Of a stretch of DNA of 64,000 bases, positions 27,201 through 36,287 are shown one piece after another. The stretch's first letter is position 1. Each line of letters begins with the position of its first letter. Source of the DNA: Candidatus Nanosyncoccus sp. (GTDB lineage Bacteria > Patescibacteriota > Saccharimonadia > Saccharimonadales > Saccharimonadaceae); assembly GCA_045649305.1 (NCBI GenBank), contig JAZRPR010000003.1, forward strand, positions 830-64,829. The letters are read 5' to 3'. Below the pieces are notes generated by a model. The model was not told the origin of the DNA, did no database searches, and saw nothing but the letters and a program-made list of their open reading frames with translations. Both the position numbers and the translations under genes were made by a program.

Positions 27201-30200
27201 ATGGCTTGGATGGATAATTTTATCAGCGCCTCTGACTTTGATTCAATCCGTCTAACAGTGGCCAATGCGGACGACATCTTAAACTGGAGCTATGGCGAAG
27301 TTACCAAACCAGAAACCATTAACTACCGCACCCAAAAACCGGAACGTGATGGTCTCTTCTGCGAACGTATCTTCGGTCCAACCAAAGATATCAATCCACA
27401 TGATTCAAAACTAAAAGGCGTACGCTCTCGTGAAGCTGCCGTCGATAAGGAAGGTAACCTCGTTACCAAGTCTATCGCCCGCCGCGAACGTATGGGTCAT
27501 ATCTCTCTCGCTGCACCAGTGGCTCACATCTGGTTCATGCGTGGTACGCCATCTGCAATTAGCTTGCTCCTTGACATTACTGTCAAGAACATCGAAAAAG
27601 TTGTTTACTTTGCAACCTATTTGATTACAGAAGCTAAGGACGATGAGATTGCTAAGACTCTCGAATCTCTCGAGAATCAAACCATTGCCGGTCGCGAAGC
27701 AATTCGCCTCCGCTACGAGAAAGAAGCCAAAGATGGCGACGTGAAGGCTCTTGCCGAAGCTCAGACCAAAGAGCTCGCCGAGCTTGAAAGCGATTATCAA
27801 GCTAAGAAATCGATGCTCGAATCATTCAAGAAAGGTGGCACGATCACCGAAGTTGAATATCGCAACTTGCCAGAAGAATATGAAGATTTGATTACCGTTG
27901 AGATGGGCGCAACCGCCATCAAGAAAATGCTCGACGAAATCGATCTCGACCAATTGATCGAAGAACTTCATAAAGAAGTTGCCGAAGCTAAAGGCCAAAA
28001 AGAGAAGAAGATTCAAAAACGTCTTAAAACTCTCGAAGGCATGCAAGCTGCCGGTATCAAACCAACTGATCTTGTGCTCACTGTTATCCCAGTAATCCCA
28101 CCAGATCTACGCCCAATGATCGCTCTTCCTGGTGGCCGCTTCGCTACTTCAGATTTGAACGATCTTTATCGCCGTGTTATTAACCGTAACAACCGTTTGC
28201 GCAAACTTCTCGACCTCAACGCTCCAGAAGTAATCTGCCGCAACGAGATGCGCATGCTTCAGGAAGCCGTCGATGCTCTTATCGACAACTCTGCTTCCCA
28301 CGCTGCCAGCTCAAGCAACGGTCGCCGCAAACTTAAATCACTTTCCGACCTCCTCAAAGGTAAACAGGGTCGCTTCCGCCAGAACCTTCTCGGTAAGCGT
28401 GTCGACTACTCTGGTCGTTCAGTGATTGTGGTTGGTCCAGAACTTCGTCTCAACGAATGTGGTTTGCCAAAACAAATGGCACTTGAACTCTTCAAACCAT
28501 TCGTCATTTCTTGGCTTATCGCTAACGAACACGCCAACAACATCCGTTCGGCTTCTCGCTTGATCGAAGCTAAAGAAACTGTCGTTTGGGATGCTTTGGA
28601 CGAGGTGATTAAGGGCAAATATGTGCTCCTCAACCGTGCACCATCCCTTCACCGTTTGTCTGTTCAGGCCTTCCAGCCACGCCTTATCGATGGTAAAGCT
28701 ATCAAACTTCATCCACTCGTAGCATCTGGCTTCAACGCCGACTACGATGGTGACCAGATGGCTGTTCACCTACCACTTTCTGACGCTGCTCAGGCTGAGG
28801 CTCGTGAGCTCATGGCTGCCGACAAGAACCTCTTGAAACCAGCTGATGGCGCTCCAGTGCTCGCTATTTATCAGGACGTCGTGCTTGGTGCATATTATCT
28901 TACCTACGATAAGCCAGGTACCGACCAAGGCGATCCAAAGGCCTTCTCTTCGGTCTACGAAGCAGAACTCGCCTACGACCAGGGAATCATTCACCTTCAA
29001 ACTCCAATTCGCGTGTTTGCTAAGCGTGAAATTCGTGATACTACCCTCGGCCGTGTGATCTTCAACGAAATCTTGCCAAAAGATTACCCATACGATAACG
29101 CCGTCCAGACCAAGAAACACCTTTCTAAGGTCATGGCTAATATCTTTGATATGTACGGTGCTGACGTGACGGTTAAAACCGCTGACGCTCTCAAGGATCT
29201 TGCCTTCGAGTATGAAACTATCGCTTCTATCTCGACCGCTAAAGATGATTACCCAACCTACGACGAAATCGATGACTTCCTCGCCGAAGGTGACGCCAAG
29301 ACAGCTCTCATTCAGGAGCAATTCAACGAAGGTCTCGTTACTGAAGAAGAGCGCTATAAGCTTACTATTGCCAACTGGCGTGATATCGATAAGAAGATTT
29401 CTGACTTCCTCCAGAGCAAACTTGCTGAGATGGATACCGACATCGCTGTGATGGTTAACTCCGGCGCCCGTGGTAACATTTCCAACATTAAGCTTGCTTC
29501 TGCTGAGATTGGTATCATGGTGGATATTAACAACAACGAAATCGAGCTCCCAGTTAAATCGAGCTACAAGAAAGGTCTCAACACCCTCGAATCCTTCATC
29601 GCCACTCGTGGTGCACGCCAAGGTCAGGTGTCTACCGCTCTTCGTACCGCTGACTCTGGTTACCTCACCCGTCGTCTCGTTGACGTCTCTCAGGATGTCT
29701 TCACCACCGACGAAGAGGCCGAAGACCCAGGCTACACCGTCAATCGTTCGGATTCCGAGCAATCTGGTGTGCCATTCAAGGCTTGGATCGCTGGTCGCTA
29801 CGCCGCCGAAGCTGTCCCGGGCTATGTCGAAGCTGATGAACTCATCACCAACGACATTGCTGCCCAAATCGACGAAGATGAGAATATCCAATCTGTTAAG
29901 ATTCAATCTGTGCTTTCAACCACTGCTGTTAACGGCATCCCACGCAAGTCTTACGGTGTCGACATGTCTACCCGTGAACTCGTGGCCGCTAACCAGCCAG
30001 TCGGTGTAATCGCCGCTCAATCCCTTGGTGAACCAGGTACCCAGCTTACCCTCGATACCAAACACGGTTCTGGTGTGGCAGGTTCTGGTGCAATCGCCCG
30101 TGGTCTTCCTCGTGTTGAAGAGCTTCTCGAAGCCCGCAGCCCGAAAGGCCAAGCTTACATTGCTACCATCGACGGTACAGTTGAAGCTTGGGAAGATGGC

Positions 30201-31022
30201 AACCACTATGTGGTTCAAATCACCCCACAATCTGGCGAAGTTGCTCGCTTCGAACTCGAAGGTCGCAAGCCAGAGGTCAAGGATGGCCAAAGCGTCAAAG
30301 CTGGTACTACCCTTGTTAAGAAAGACGGCAAGAAGGCTGCCATCAAGGCTAAATTCGACGGCATCGTCGAACTCGTCAAAGACGGCATCGTTCTCGTGGC
30401 TGCTGCTACCGCTCCAGTCCGCGTCGAAATCCCTGGCGATGCTGAACTTCTCGTTAAATCTGGCGATACGGTTGCCGCTGGCGATCGCCTCACCACCGGT
30501 TCTTTGAACCTCCAAGATTTGATGAAGTTTAAGGGCATTGAAGCTGCTGAACGCTACATCATGAACGATGTTCTTAACGTTTACGCCGCTCAGGGCCACG
30601 AAATCTCACCGAAACACCTTGAGATTCTCGTCCGTCAAATGTTCTCACGTGTTCAGATTAACGAACCAGGTGATTCTACCTTCGTCTCTGGCGACATTGT
30701 CTCCAAGGCCGCTGCTATCACCGAGAATAAGAGGCTCGAAGCTGCCGGCAAGACCCCAGCTACCTGGACCAACTTGCTCCTCGGTATCACCAAGGTCTCT
30801 ATCTTCTCTGATTCGTTCTTGTCTGCCGCATCCTTCCAGGATACGACCCGCGTTCTCATTAACGCTGCTATCAACGGCCGCGTCGACCACCTCAATGGTC
30901 TCAAAGAGAACGTCATCATCGGTCGCAAGATCCCTGTAGGTACTGGCGTCAAGCCAATCGAGACCGAAGAGCTCGTCTCTGAAGGCGAACCAACCGAAGA
31001 GGAAATCGCCGACATCGCCTAA
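27201..31022 (+). CDS. rpoC: DNA-directed RNA polymerase beta' subunit (divergent motifs, see findings)
   Basis: KPETINYRT.KPERDGLFCERIFGP, GKRVDYSGRSVI, NADYDGDQMAVH, SAASFQDTTRVL, GLKENVIIG. Confidence 0.99.
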   Translation: MAWMDNFISASDFDSIRLTVANADDILNWSYGEVTKPETINYRTQKPERDGLFCERIFGPTKDINPHDSKLKGVRSREAAVDKEGNLVTKSIARRERMGHISLAAPVAHIWFMRGTPSAISLLLDITVKNIEKVVYFATYLITEAKDDEIAKTLESLENQTIAGREAIRLRYEKEAKDGDVKALAEAQTKELAELESDYQAKKSMLESFKKGGTITEVEYRNLPEEYEDLITVEMGATAIKKMLDEIDLDQLIEELHKEVAEAKGQKEKKIQKRLKTLEGMQAAGIKPTDLVLTVIPVIPPDLRPMIALPGGRFATSDLNDLYRRVINRNNRLRKLLDLNAPEVICRNEMRMLQEAVDALIDNSASHAASSSNGRRKLKSLSDLLKGKQGRFRQNLLGKRVDYSGRSVIVVGPELRLNECGLPKQMALELFKPFVISWLIANEHANNIRSASRLIEAKETVVWDALDEVIKGKYVLLNRAPSLHRLSVQAFQPRLIDGKAIKLHPLVASGFNADYDGDQMAVHLPLSDAAQAEARELMAADKNLLKPADGAPVLAIYQDVVLGAYYLTYDKPGTDQGDPKAFSSVYEAELAYDQGIIHLQTPIRVFAKREIRDTTLGRVIFNEILPKDYPYDNAVQTKKHLSKVMANIFDMYGADVTVKTADALKDLAFEYETIASISTAKDDYPTYDEIDDFLAEGDAKTALIQEQFNEGLVTEEERYKLTIANWRDIDKKISDFLQSKLAEMDTDIAVMVNSGARGNISNIKLASAEIGIMVDINNNEIELPVKSSYKKGLNTLESFIATRGARQGQVSTALRTADSGYLTRRLVDVSQDVFTTDEEAEDPGYTVNRSDSEQSGVPFKAWIAGRYAAEAVPGYVEADELITNDIAAQIDEDENIQSVKIQSVLSTTAVNGIPRKSYGVDMSTRELVAANQPVGVIAAQSLGEPGTQLTLDTKHGSGVAGSGAIARGLPRVEELLEARSPKGQAYIATIDGTVEAWEDGNHYVVQITPQSGEVARFELEGRKPEVKDGQSVKAGTTLVKKDGKKAAIKAKFDGIVELVKDGIVLVAAATAPVRVEIPGDAELLVKSGDTVAAGDRLTTGSLNLQDLMKFKGIEAAERYIMNDVLNVYAAQGHEISPKHLEILVRQMFSRVQINEPGDSTFVSGDIVSKAAAITENKRLEAAGKTPATWTNLLLGITKVSIFSDSFLSAASFQDTTRVLINAAINGRVDHLNGLKENVIIGRKIPVGTGVKPIETEELVSEGEPTEEEIADIA

Positions 31023-31033
31023 GCATAAAGGCA

Positions 31034-31116
31034 CAAAAAATCCACCCCGCACTGGGGTGGATTTTTGTTGGTGGTTGTTGCGGTAGAAAAAACGGCCCCA
31101 TAATGGGGCCGTTTCT
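31034..31116. terminator. Two tandem terminator hairpins between convergent rpoC and pyrF
   Basis: AAAAATCCACCCC/GGGGTGGATTTTT (31034-67) and AAACGGCCCCA/TGGGGCCGTTT (31085-116). Confidence 0.8.
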
Positions 31117-31141
31117 CCTTTCGGATAATAATCTGCACTTC

Positions 31142-31894
31142 TTATTCTTCGAGACTAGCCAAAATCTTGGCATAGTTCTTTTTTACGCGCTCGACAATGG
31201 AACCGTCTTCGGGGCTACCGGTCAGATCGCGACCGATCACCAGACGATCGGAGCCATTTTTCAGGGCGTTAAGCGGTGTTGCGATTCTTGCCTGGTCATT
31301 GGCGTCACTAGTAGGGAGACGCACGCCGGGCGTGTTGATCGACAGTTCGTCATAGGCACCGATAGACCGGATCTTTCTTGCTTCTTGCGGAGAACAAACG
31401 ATATCGGTCAACCCGCACTCGCACATCAGATCTACGTAGTGCAGAACCTGGTCTATAGGCTTAGCGCCAAATTCAAGCTCGCACGTCTCGGCCGTCTTGC
31501 TTGTCAATACGGTAACGGCGCAACTCTTGGTCCCGACCTCGGCGCAAGCGTCGGCGAAACGCTTCAGGGCGTCGATTTTCTTTGGATTTTCATCCTCGAT
31601 CGCCCTTGTGCTGCAAATACCAGCCATGACGTTCAGCATCCAGGGCTTATAATCAAGATAAGTCTTTGTGATGCCAATAACTTTATCCGGGATCTCTACA
31701 ATCTTGGCGTCTGCGAAAACCGGGTATCCGTGCTCCTGGCAGTAGGTGATATCGTCCTTGCCGTATTTCTCGAAATGGAGTCGGTCGAGTTTGATGACTG
31801 TGCCAAGCGGCAGTGCCTTTGCTTCAATTACTTCTCTGAGTTCTCCTGAAGTGACATCCGCACTCCAGATAATCTGTTCTGGTTTAATGTTCAT
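31142..31894 (-). CDS. pyrF: Orotidine-5'-phosphate decarboxylase
   Basis: VIKLD, FADAKIVEIP (DxKxxD variant), TPGVR, DQARIATP, LVIGR; SD AAGGAGG; adjacent to pyrE. Confidence 0.8.
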   Translation of the reverse strand: MNIKPEQIIWSADVTSGELREVIEAKALPLGTVIKLDRLHFEKYGKDDITYCQEHGYPVFADAKIVEIPDKVIGITKTYLDYKPWMLNVMAGICSTRAIEDENPKKIDALKRFADACAEVGTKSCAVTVLTSKTAETCELEFGAKPIDQVLHYVDLMCECGLTDIVCSPQEARKIRSIGAYDELSINTPGVRLPTSDANDQARIATPLNALKNGSDRLVIGRDLTGSPEDGSIVERVKKNYAKILASLEE

Positions 31895-31896
31895 AC

Positions 31897-32577
31897 CTAT
31901 TCCTCCTTGGGTCCATACTGATCATAATACTTGCCGATTGCCACCAAAGTGTCTGTATCGAGCAGATTTTTTGAGACCATATAATCTATGGTCTCGGGCA
32001 TAGTGACGATTGCCGATGCCGGGAAACCATAAAGATCGGTGATTTCCTGAAGCGCAGTCTTCTTGCCACCATTGCCGACTTCGTGTCTGTCCAGAGATAC
32101 CATCGACCCAACTATCTCAATCTTCGCGTTCTGAGCGCGCAGGATCGGGACGGTTTCTTCCATGGATTTTCCAGACGTAGTTACATCTTCGACGATTACG
32201 ATGCGATCGCCATCTTTCAGCTTTGCGCCGATCAGGGCGCCGCCCTCGCCATGGTCTTTAACCTCTTTACGATTTGAGCAATACCGAACATTCATTCCGT
32301 AATTGATTTCAAACACCATAGCGACAGCTACGCTCAGGGGAATGCCTTTATAGGCCGGCCCAAAAACTACGTTGAAATCCGTGCCATACTGGTCACAGAT
32401 TGCTTCTGCGTAGAATTCCGCCAGCTTAAAGAGCTGCTCCCCACTGCTAAATATCCCCAAATTCATAAAAAATGGGGATATTCTGCCAGACTTAAGCTCG
32501 GTCTCTTTGAAAATCAAAGCCTCGCTATCCAGCATAAACTGAATGAATTCTTCTTTCATCTGCTGTTTTTTTCTCAC
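31897..32577 (-). CDS. pyrE: Orotate phosphoribosyltransferase
   Basis: LKSGRISPFF, FGPAYKGIP, RKEVKDHGEGG, IVEDVTTSG (PRPP loop). GTG 32577 chosen from SD spacing. Confidence 0.93.
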   Translation of the reverse strand: MRKKQQMKEEFIQFMLDSEALIFKETELKSGRISPFFMNLGIFSSGEQLFKLAEFYAEAICDQYGTDFNVVFGPAYKGIPLSVAVAMVFEINYGMNVRYCSNRKEVKDHGEGGALIGAKLKDGDRIVIVEDVTTSGKSMEETVPILRAQNAKIEIVGSMVSLDRHEVGNGGKKTALQEITDLYGFPASAIVTMPETIDYMVSKNLLDTDTLVAIGKYYDQYGPKEE

Positions 32578-32708
32578 AAAACTCAACCTCCTTTATACGT
32601 GCAGATTTTTAAGACTCAAAAAAGCATTAAAGATGCTTTTTCGATAATATTTTAACATAAAACTCTATATCGAGCAAGACGAACAGGGGTGGCAAAGGGG
32701 TCCGTATC

Positions 32709-32737
32709 TTGACAAATTAAAGCGCTTATGCTATAAT
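32709..32737 (+). promoter_or_regulatory. Perfect consensus promoter
   Basis: TTGACA-17 bp-TGcTATAAT. Confidence 0.8.
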
Positions 32738-32824
32738 AGAAGAATCTAGTAGAAAAACTCACACATTGCCAAGATGTTTAGGGTGAACCTAATTTTTTGG
32801 GGAGGGCGAGAAGAGGAGGTTCAT

Positions 32825-33266
32825 ATGAAACAGTACAGTAGAAGTGACTATGCGACAATAGTCGCCATCAGTCTGATAGTCGCAATTCTTTTCGGATCAG
32901 TGATCTTGGTGACAAGAGGATTCAGAAAAAGAATTGGTTGAGGCCCCGGCTTCAACCACGGAAGAAACGACAGCAGAGACGACGACAGAGGTAACGGAGA
33001 CAACAGCGGAGACGACAGAGACGACGGAGGTAGTGACGGCAGTTGCCGAAGCGATTGCTCCGGTAGAGAACATGGCTCCCGCCTCAGAGAGGGCGATTGC
33101 CAAACTCGGGAACAAGGTCCTTGTTAGGGCCAAGTTATGGTCGATGCCGACAGTCACTCCGACGCCGGCGCCACCATATCCGTTTCTGGAGCCCAATCCG
33201 GCACCAGCCGAACCGATGCCCGTGCCGCCAACGCCGGAACCCAGTCCGTCGTGGCACCGTGGCTGA
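32825..33266 (+). pseudogene. Frameshifted membrane-anchored Thr/Glu- and Pro-rich protein (two frames)
   Basis: SD GGAGG + ATG 32825 gives MKQYSRSDY-TM-RGFRKRIG* (stop 32939-41). The +1 frame continues ELVEAPASTTEETT...PSPSWHRG* with no start of its own; junction at the A5 run 32926-30. Confidence 0.6.
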
Positions 33267-33361
33267 ACATCGAACCCCGACTTTACCACACCACCAGTGT
33301 GGATAGAGCCGGGGCTCTTTTTGTGCCAAAAAACAAAAAAAACGACCCGAGGTCGTCTTAC

Positions 33362-33438
33362 TGGTGGGGATATCAGGACTTGAACCTGAGACCTCGTCAT
33401 TATCAGTGACGCGCTCTAACCAGCTGAGCTATATCCCC
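33362..33438 (-). tRNA. tRNA-Ile(GAT)
   Basis: GGGGATA/TATCCCC acceptor, CGTCA-CTGATAA-TGACG anticodon arm, encoded CCA. Confidence 0.97.
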
Positions 33439-33443
33439 AGACT

Positions 33444-33520
33444 TGGTGGAGTAACAGGGATTCAAACCCTGGACCTCTGCCTTGCAAAGGCAGCGCTCTA
33501 ATCAGCTGAGCTATTACCCC
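33444..33520 (-). tRNA. tRNA-Ala(TGC), A19/U56 variant
   Basis: G3:U70, CTGCC-TTTGCAA-GGCAG, encoded CCA. Promoter TTGACT-16-TATAAT at 33558-33531. Confidence 0.96.
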
Positions 33521-33625
33521 AGTGCTCTCTATTATACGGCAATTTGCTGAAAAGTCAAACAAAAAAGTTCCCCATAAAACAAAATTCTATGATATGATAG
33601 ATACAGTTAAATTGTAGAGGTATCC

Positions 33626-35059
33626 ATGCATTTCAAGACTATTTTCAAATCTCTCAAGAATAAAGACATGCTTCGCCGTGTTTTCATTATTCTTGGTATC
33701 CTGGTGGCCTATCGTCTGCTTGCCCACATTCCAGTGCCGATGGGAAACGCTTCAACCTTTAAAGAAGCCGTCTCAAACCTGCTCGAGAAATCCGATTTCT
33801 CCAGCTTCCTTAACCTGATTTCTGGTGGTGGATTAGCCTCATTTAGTATTATTTTGGTTGGTCTTTCTCCATACATCACCGGCTCAATTATCATTCAGCT
33901 CTTAACCAAGGCCATCCCATCTCTTGAGGAGCTTTCTCAAGATGGTGAAGTCGGTCGCCGCAAGATTAATCAGTGGACCCGCATGCTTACCATTCCTCTA
34001 GCAATTGTCCAATCTGTTGCCTATATCTTTATCCTTTATCAATCAACCGTCTCGGCTAACGTCGCAGCGGAGTTCCAGCCAACCATGGGTGACTGGATCC
34101 TCTCTGTTACGGCTATGACCGCTGGCTCTGTTATCTTGATGTGGCTCGGCGAGCTCATTACCGAGCAGGGCATTGGCAACGGTATTTCAATGATTATTTT
34201 CGCTTCTATCATTTCCCAACTCCCAACCACTCTTGCCAACCTCGGCTCCGAGCTATTTAACACTACCAATGGTTCACTCGACCTCTTTGGCTGGGTTCAG
34301 CTTCCGGTCAACCCAACCGTCTTCTGGATCATCCTAGGCTTCGGTATTGCTATGTTAATAGTGATATTCTTCCTGGTCAAGCTCAACGAGGCGCAGCGGG
34401 TAATTACGATTAATTACGCCAAGCGCGTCCACGGTAATACCAGCTACGGTGGCATCAAATCTATCTTGCCAATCAAGCTGATTGCCGCCGGCGTTATCCC
34501 AGTGATTTTCGCAACCGCATTCTTGTCGCTTCCAGCCCTAGTTGGCCAAGTGATTACTTCGATGAATCCAGGCAACGAGCTCGGTAGCACACTTACGTCG
34601 CTCTTCACCGCACCGTCCGCTAACAACTTCCAGGCAATGTATCCAAACGGCATCACTGCCCAATGGTTCCTCTATCCAGCACTTTACTTTATCCTAGTGA
34701 TTCTCTTTACCTACTTCTACACCTCGATCATTTTCAACACCAACGAAATTGCCGACAACCTCCAGAAGCAAGGTGGCTTTATCGAAGGTGTTCGCCCAGG
34801 CGTTACTACGGCCAAATACCTTGGTAAAGTTGTCAACCGCCTCAACCTCTTTGGTGCTTTGGCGCTCGGCCTTATCGCAATGCTTCCATTCATTACCGAT
34901 TACATCTTCATCGTCCTAGTTGGCTATCCAATCGGTCTCTCTATCTCTGGTACTGGTCTTCTCATCGTGGTCACCGTCGCTCTCGAAAACCTCCGCTCTC
35001 TCGACTCTCGCGCGCTAATGGTAACATATGACGATTTCAGCAATGAATCTCAAGACTAG
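33626..35059 (+). CDS. secY: Protein translocase subunit SecY
   Basis: GLSPYITGSIIIQLL, LGELITEQGIGNGISMIIF, GGFIEGVRPG..T..YL, GTGLLIVV. Confidence 0.97.
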   Translation: MHFKTIFKSLKNKDMLRRVFIILGILVAYRLLAHIPVPMGNASTFKEAVSNLLEKSDFSSFLNLISGGGLASFSIILVGLSPYITGSIIIQLLTKAIPSLEELSQDGEVGRRKINQWTRMLTIPLAIVQSVAYIFILYQSTVSANVAAEFQPTMGDWILSVTAMTAGSVILMWLGELITEQGIGNGISMIIFASIISQLPTTLANLGSELFNTTNGSLDLFGWVQLPVNPTVFWIILGFGIAMLIVIFFLVKLNEAQRVITINYAKRVHGNTSYGGIKSILPIKLIAAGVIPVIFATAFLSLPALVGQVITSMNPGNELGSTLTSLFTAPSANNFQAMYPNGITAQWFLYPALYFILVILFTYFYTSIIFNTNEIADNLQKQGGFIEGVRPGVTTAKYLGKVVNRLNLFGALALGLIAMLPFITDYIFIVLVGYPIGLSISGTGLLIVVTVALENLRSLDSRALMVTYDDFSNESQD

Positions 35060-35717
35060 ACACTGGGGCAAAATCATCTCTTGTATCCTGGGTGGGATTG
35101 CAGTAATTTTGATTCTAATCTTCTTTATCCGTGTTGCCACCTGGGAACACAACTATTACAACGAAAAAGAGGGTTCCGACCGTGCTGAGCCAGTCGTGAC
35201 CGAATCGGATGCCGTCGATGAAACCCCAATCACCGAGGAGCAAATCCTCGAGTACACGGTCCCGGCAGACTATCCACGCTATCTTACGATTAGTAAACTC
35301 GGCAAGAGGGCCCGCGTTATTGTAGTGGGCACGCTCAAAAACGGCGAAGTTGGCACCCCTACCAATGTTCACGACGTGGGATGGTATAACGGCTCCAGCC
35401 GTCCAGGCTTTGGTGGCAAAATCCTGATTGATGGCCACAATGGTGGCCCAAGCGTAGCTGGCGTCTTCAAGAGGCTTCCGGAGCTCGTCCCAGGCGATAT
35501 CGTCACTATCGAGCGCGGCGACGGCGCTACTTTTGACTACCGCGTCACCGAAAGCTACGCCAGGGAAATCGTCCAGGCCAACAACGAAATGCGCAAAGTC
35601 TTCCAGACCACCGAAACCGAAACTCTCGTCCTAATCACCTGTACCGGGGAATGGGACAATGCAAACGAGACCTACAACTCTCGTCAATTCGTCTACGCCG
35701 AACTAGTCCAAGAATAG
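35043..35717 (+). CDS. Class F sortase
   Basis: N-terminal TM; DVGWY, LIDGH (His), TLVLITCTG (Cys), distal R (NSRQFVYA). ATG 35043 overlaps the secY stop. Confidence 0.85.
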   Translation: MNLKTRHWGKIISCILGGIAVILILIFFIRVATWEHNYYNEKEGSDRAEPVVTESDAVDETPITEEQILEYTVPADYPRYLTISKLGKRARVIVVGTLKNGEVGTPTNVHDVGWYNGSSRPGFGGKILIDGHNGGPSVAGVFKRLPELVPGDIVTIERGDGATFDYRVTESYAREIVQANNEMRKVFQTTETETLVLITCTGEWDNANETYNSRQFVYAELVQE

Positions 35718-35793
35718 CCTAAAAATAGTCCAAAAATCAGTGAAAATACCCTTTACTTTTGCTCCCTTTTGTGCTACAATGAGCGAGTAATTT

Positions 35794-36018
35794 ATGGCTA
35801 GTCAAAAAGAAGTGATTAAACTCACGGGTAAAGTCGTTGAGTCTTTGCCTAATACCCAATTTCGGGTTGAACTCGAGAATGGCCATATTATTGTTGCTCA
35901 TATGAGCGGACGTATGCGTAAGAACTACATCCGTCTCGTGCCGGGCGACAGAGTCGAGGTTGAGTTAACCCCTTACGATCTTACAAAGGGCAGAATCAGC
36001 TTTCGTCTCAAAGATTAA
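35794..36018 (+). CDS. infA: Translation initiation factor IF-1
   Basis: [47 protein letters not shown]. Confidence 0.98.
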   Translation: MASQKEVIKLTGKVVESLPNTQFRVELENGHIIVAHMSGRMRKNYIRLVPGDRVEVELTPYDLTKGRISFRLKD

Positions 36019-36026
36019 TATTAACC

Positions 36027-36140
36027 GTTACAGTTTTCATAACACATTTTCGCGAAGTGTTACGAGAATTTTAGCGATTAAAAGTCTAAATGGGTCTTTC
36101 TGTGCCCATGGGATATTTTACGCTAGAACATCACTGTAAC
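36027..36140 (+). promoter_or_regulatory. Structured intergenic leader upstream of rpmJ-rpsM-rpsK-rpsD-rpoA-rplQ
   Basis: P1 GTTACAGT/ACTGTAAC closes a junction with P2 (36035-45/36057-67) and P3 (36069-76/36121-28, extended inward). Confidence 0.55.
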
Positions 36141-36165
36141 ATAAAAAGAAAGGATATTTTAACAC

Positions 36166-36282
36166 ATGAAAGTACGTGCAAGTGTTAAAAAAATCTCCCC
36201 AGATGACATCATCGTTCGCCGCAAAGGTGTTCTTCGTGTCATCAACAAGAAAAAACCTAAAAATAAGCAAAGGCAGGGTTAA
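36166..36282 (+). CDS. rpmJ: 50S ribosomal protein L36 (cysteine-free; below ORF-track cutoff)
   Basis: [38 protein letters not shown], between infA and rpsM. Confidence 0.95.
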   Translation: MKVRASVKKISPDDIIVRRKGVLRVINKKKPKNKQRQG

Positions 36283-36287
36283 AATAT

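Noticed and set aside
7929-31849. Long alternative-frame or antisense ORFs (e.g. 7929-8831, 21703-22425, 28770-29906, 29916-30599, 31103-31849)
   Set aside because: They shadow well-supported genes, lack motifs and start signals, and are expected from biased codon usage.
33362-33520. Ile/Ala tRNA pair as an rRNA operon spacer
   Set aside because: No 16S/23S sequence flanks it; the pair has its own promoter and is in Ala-Ile order.
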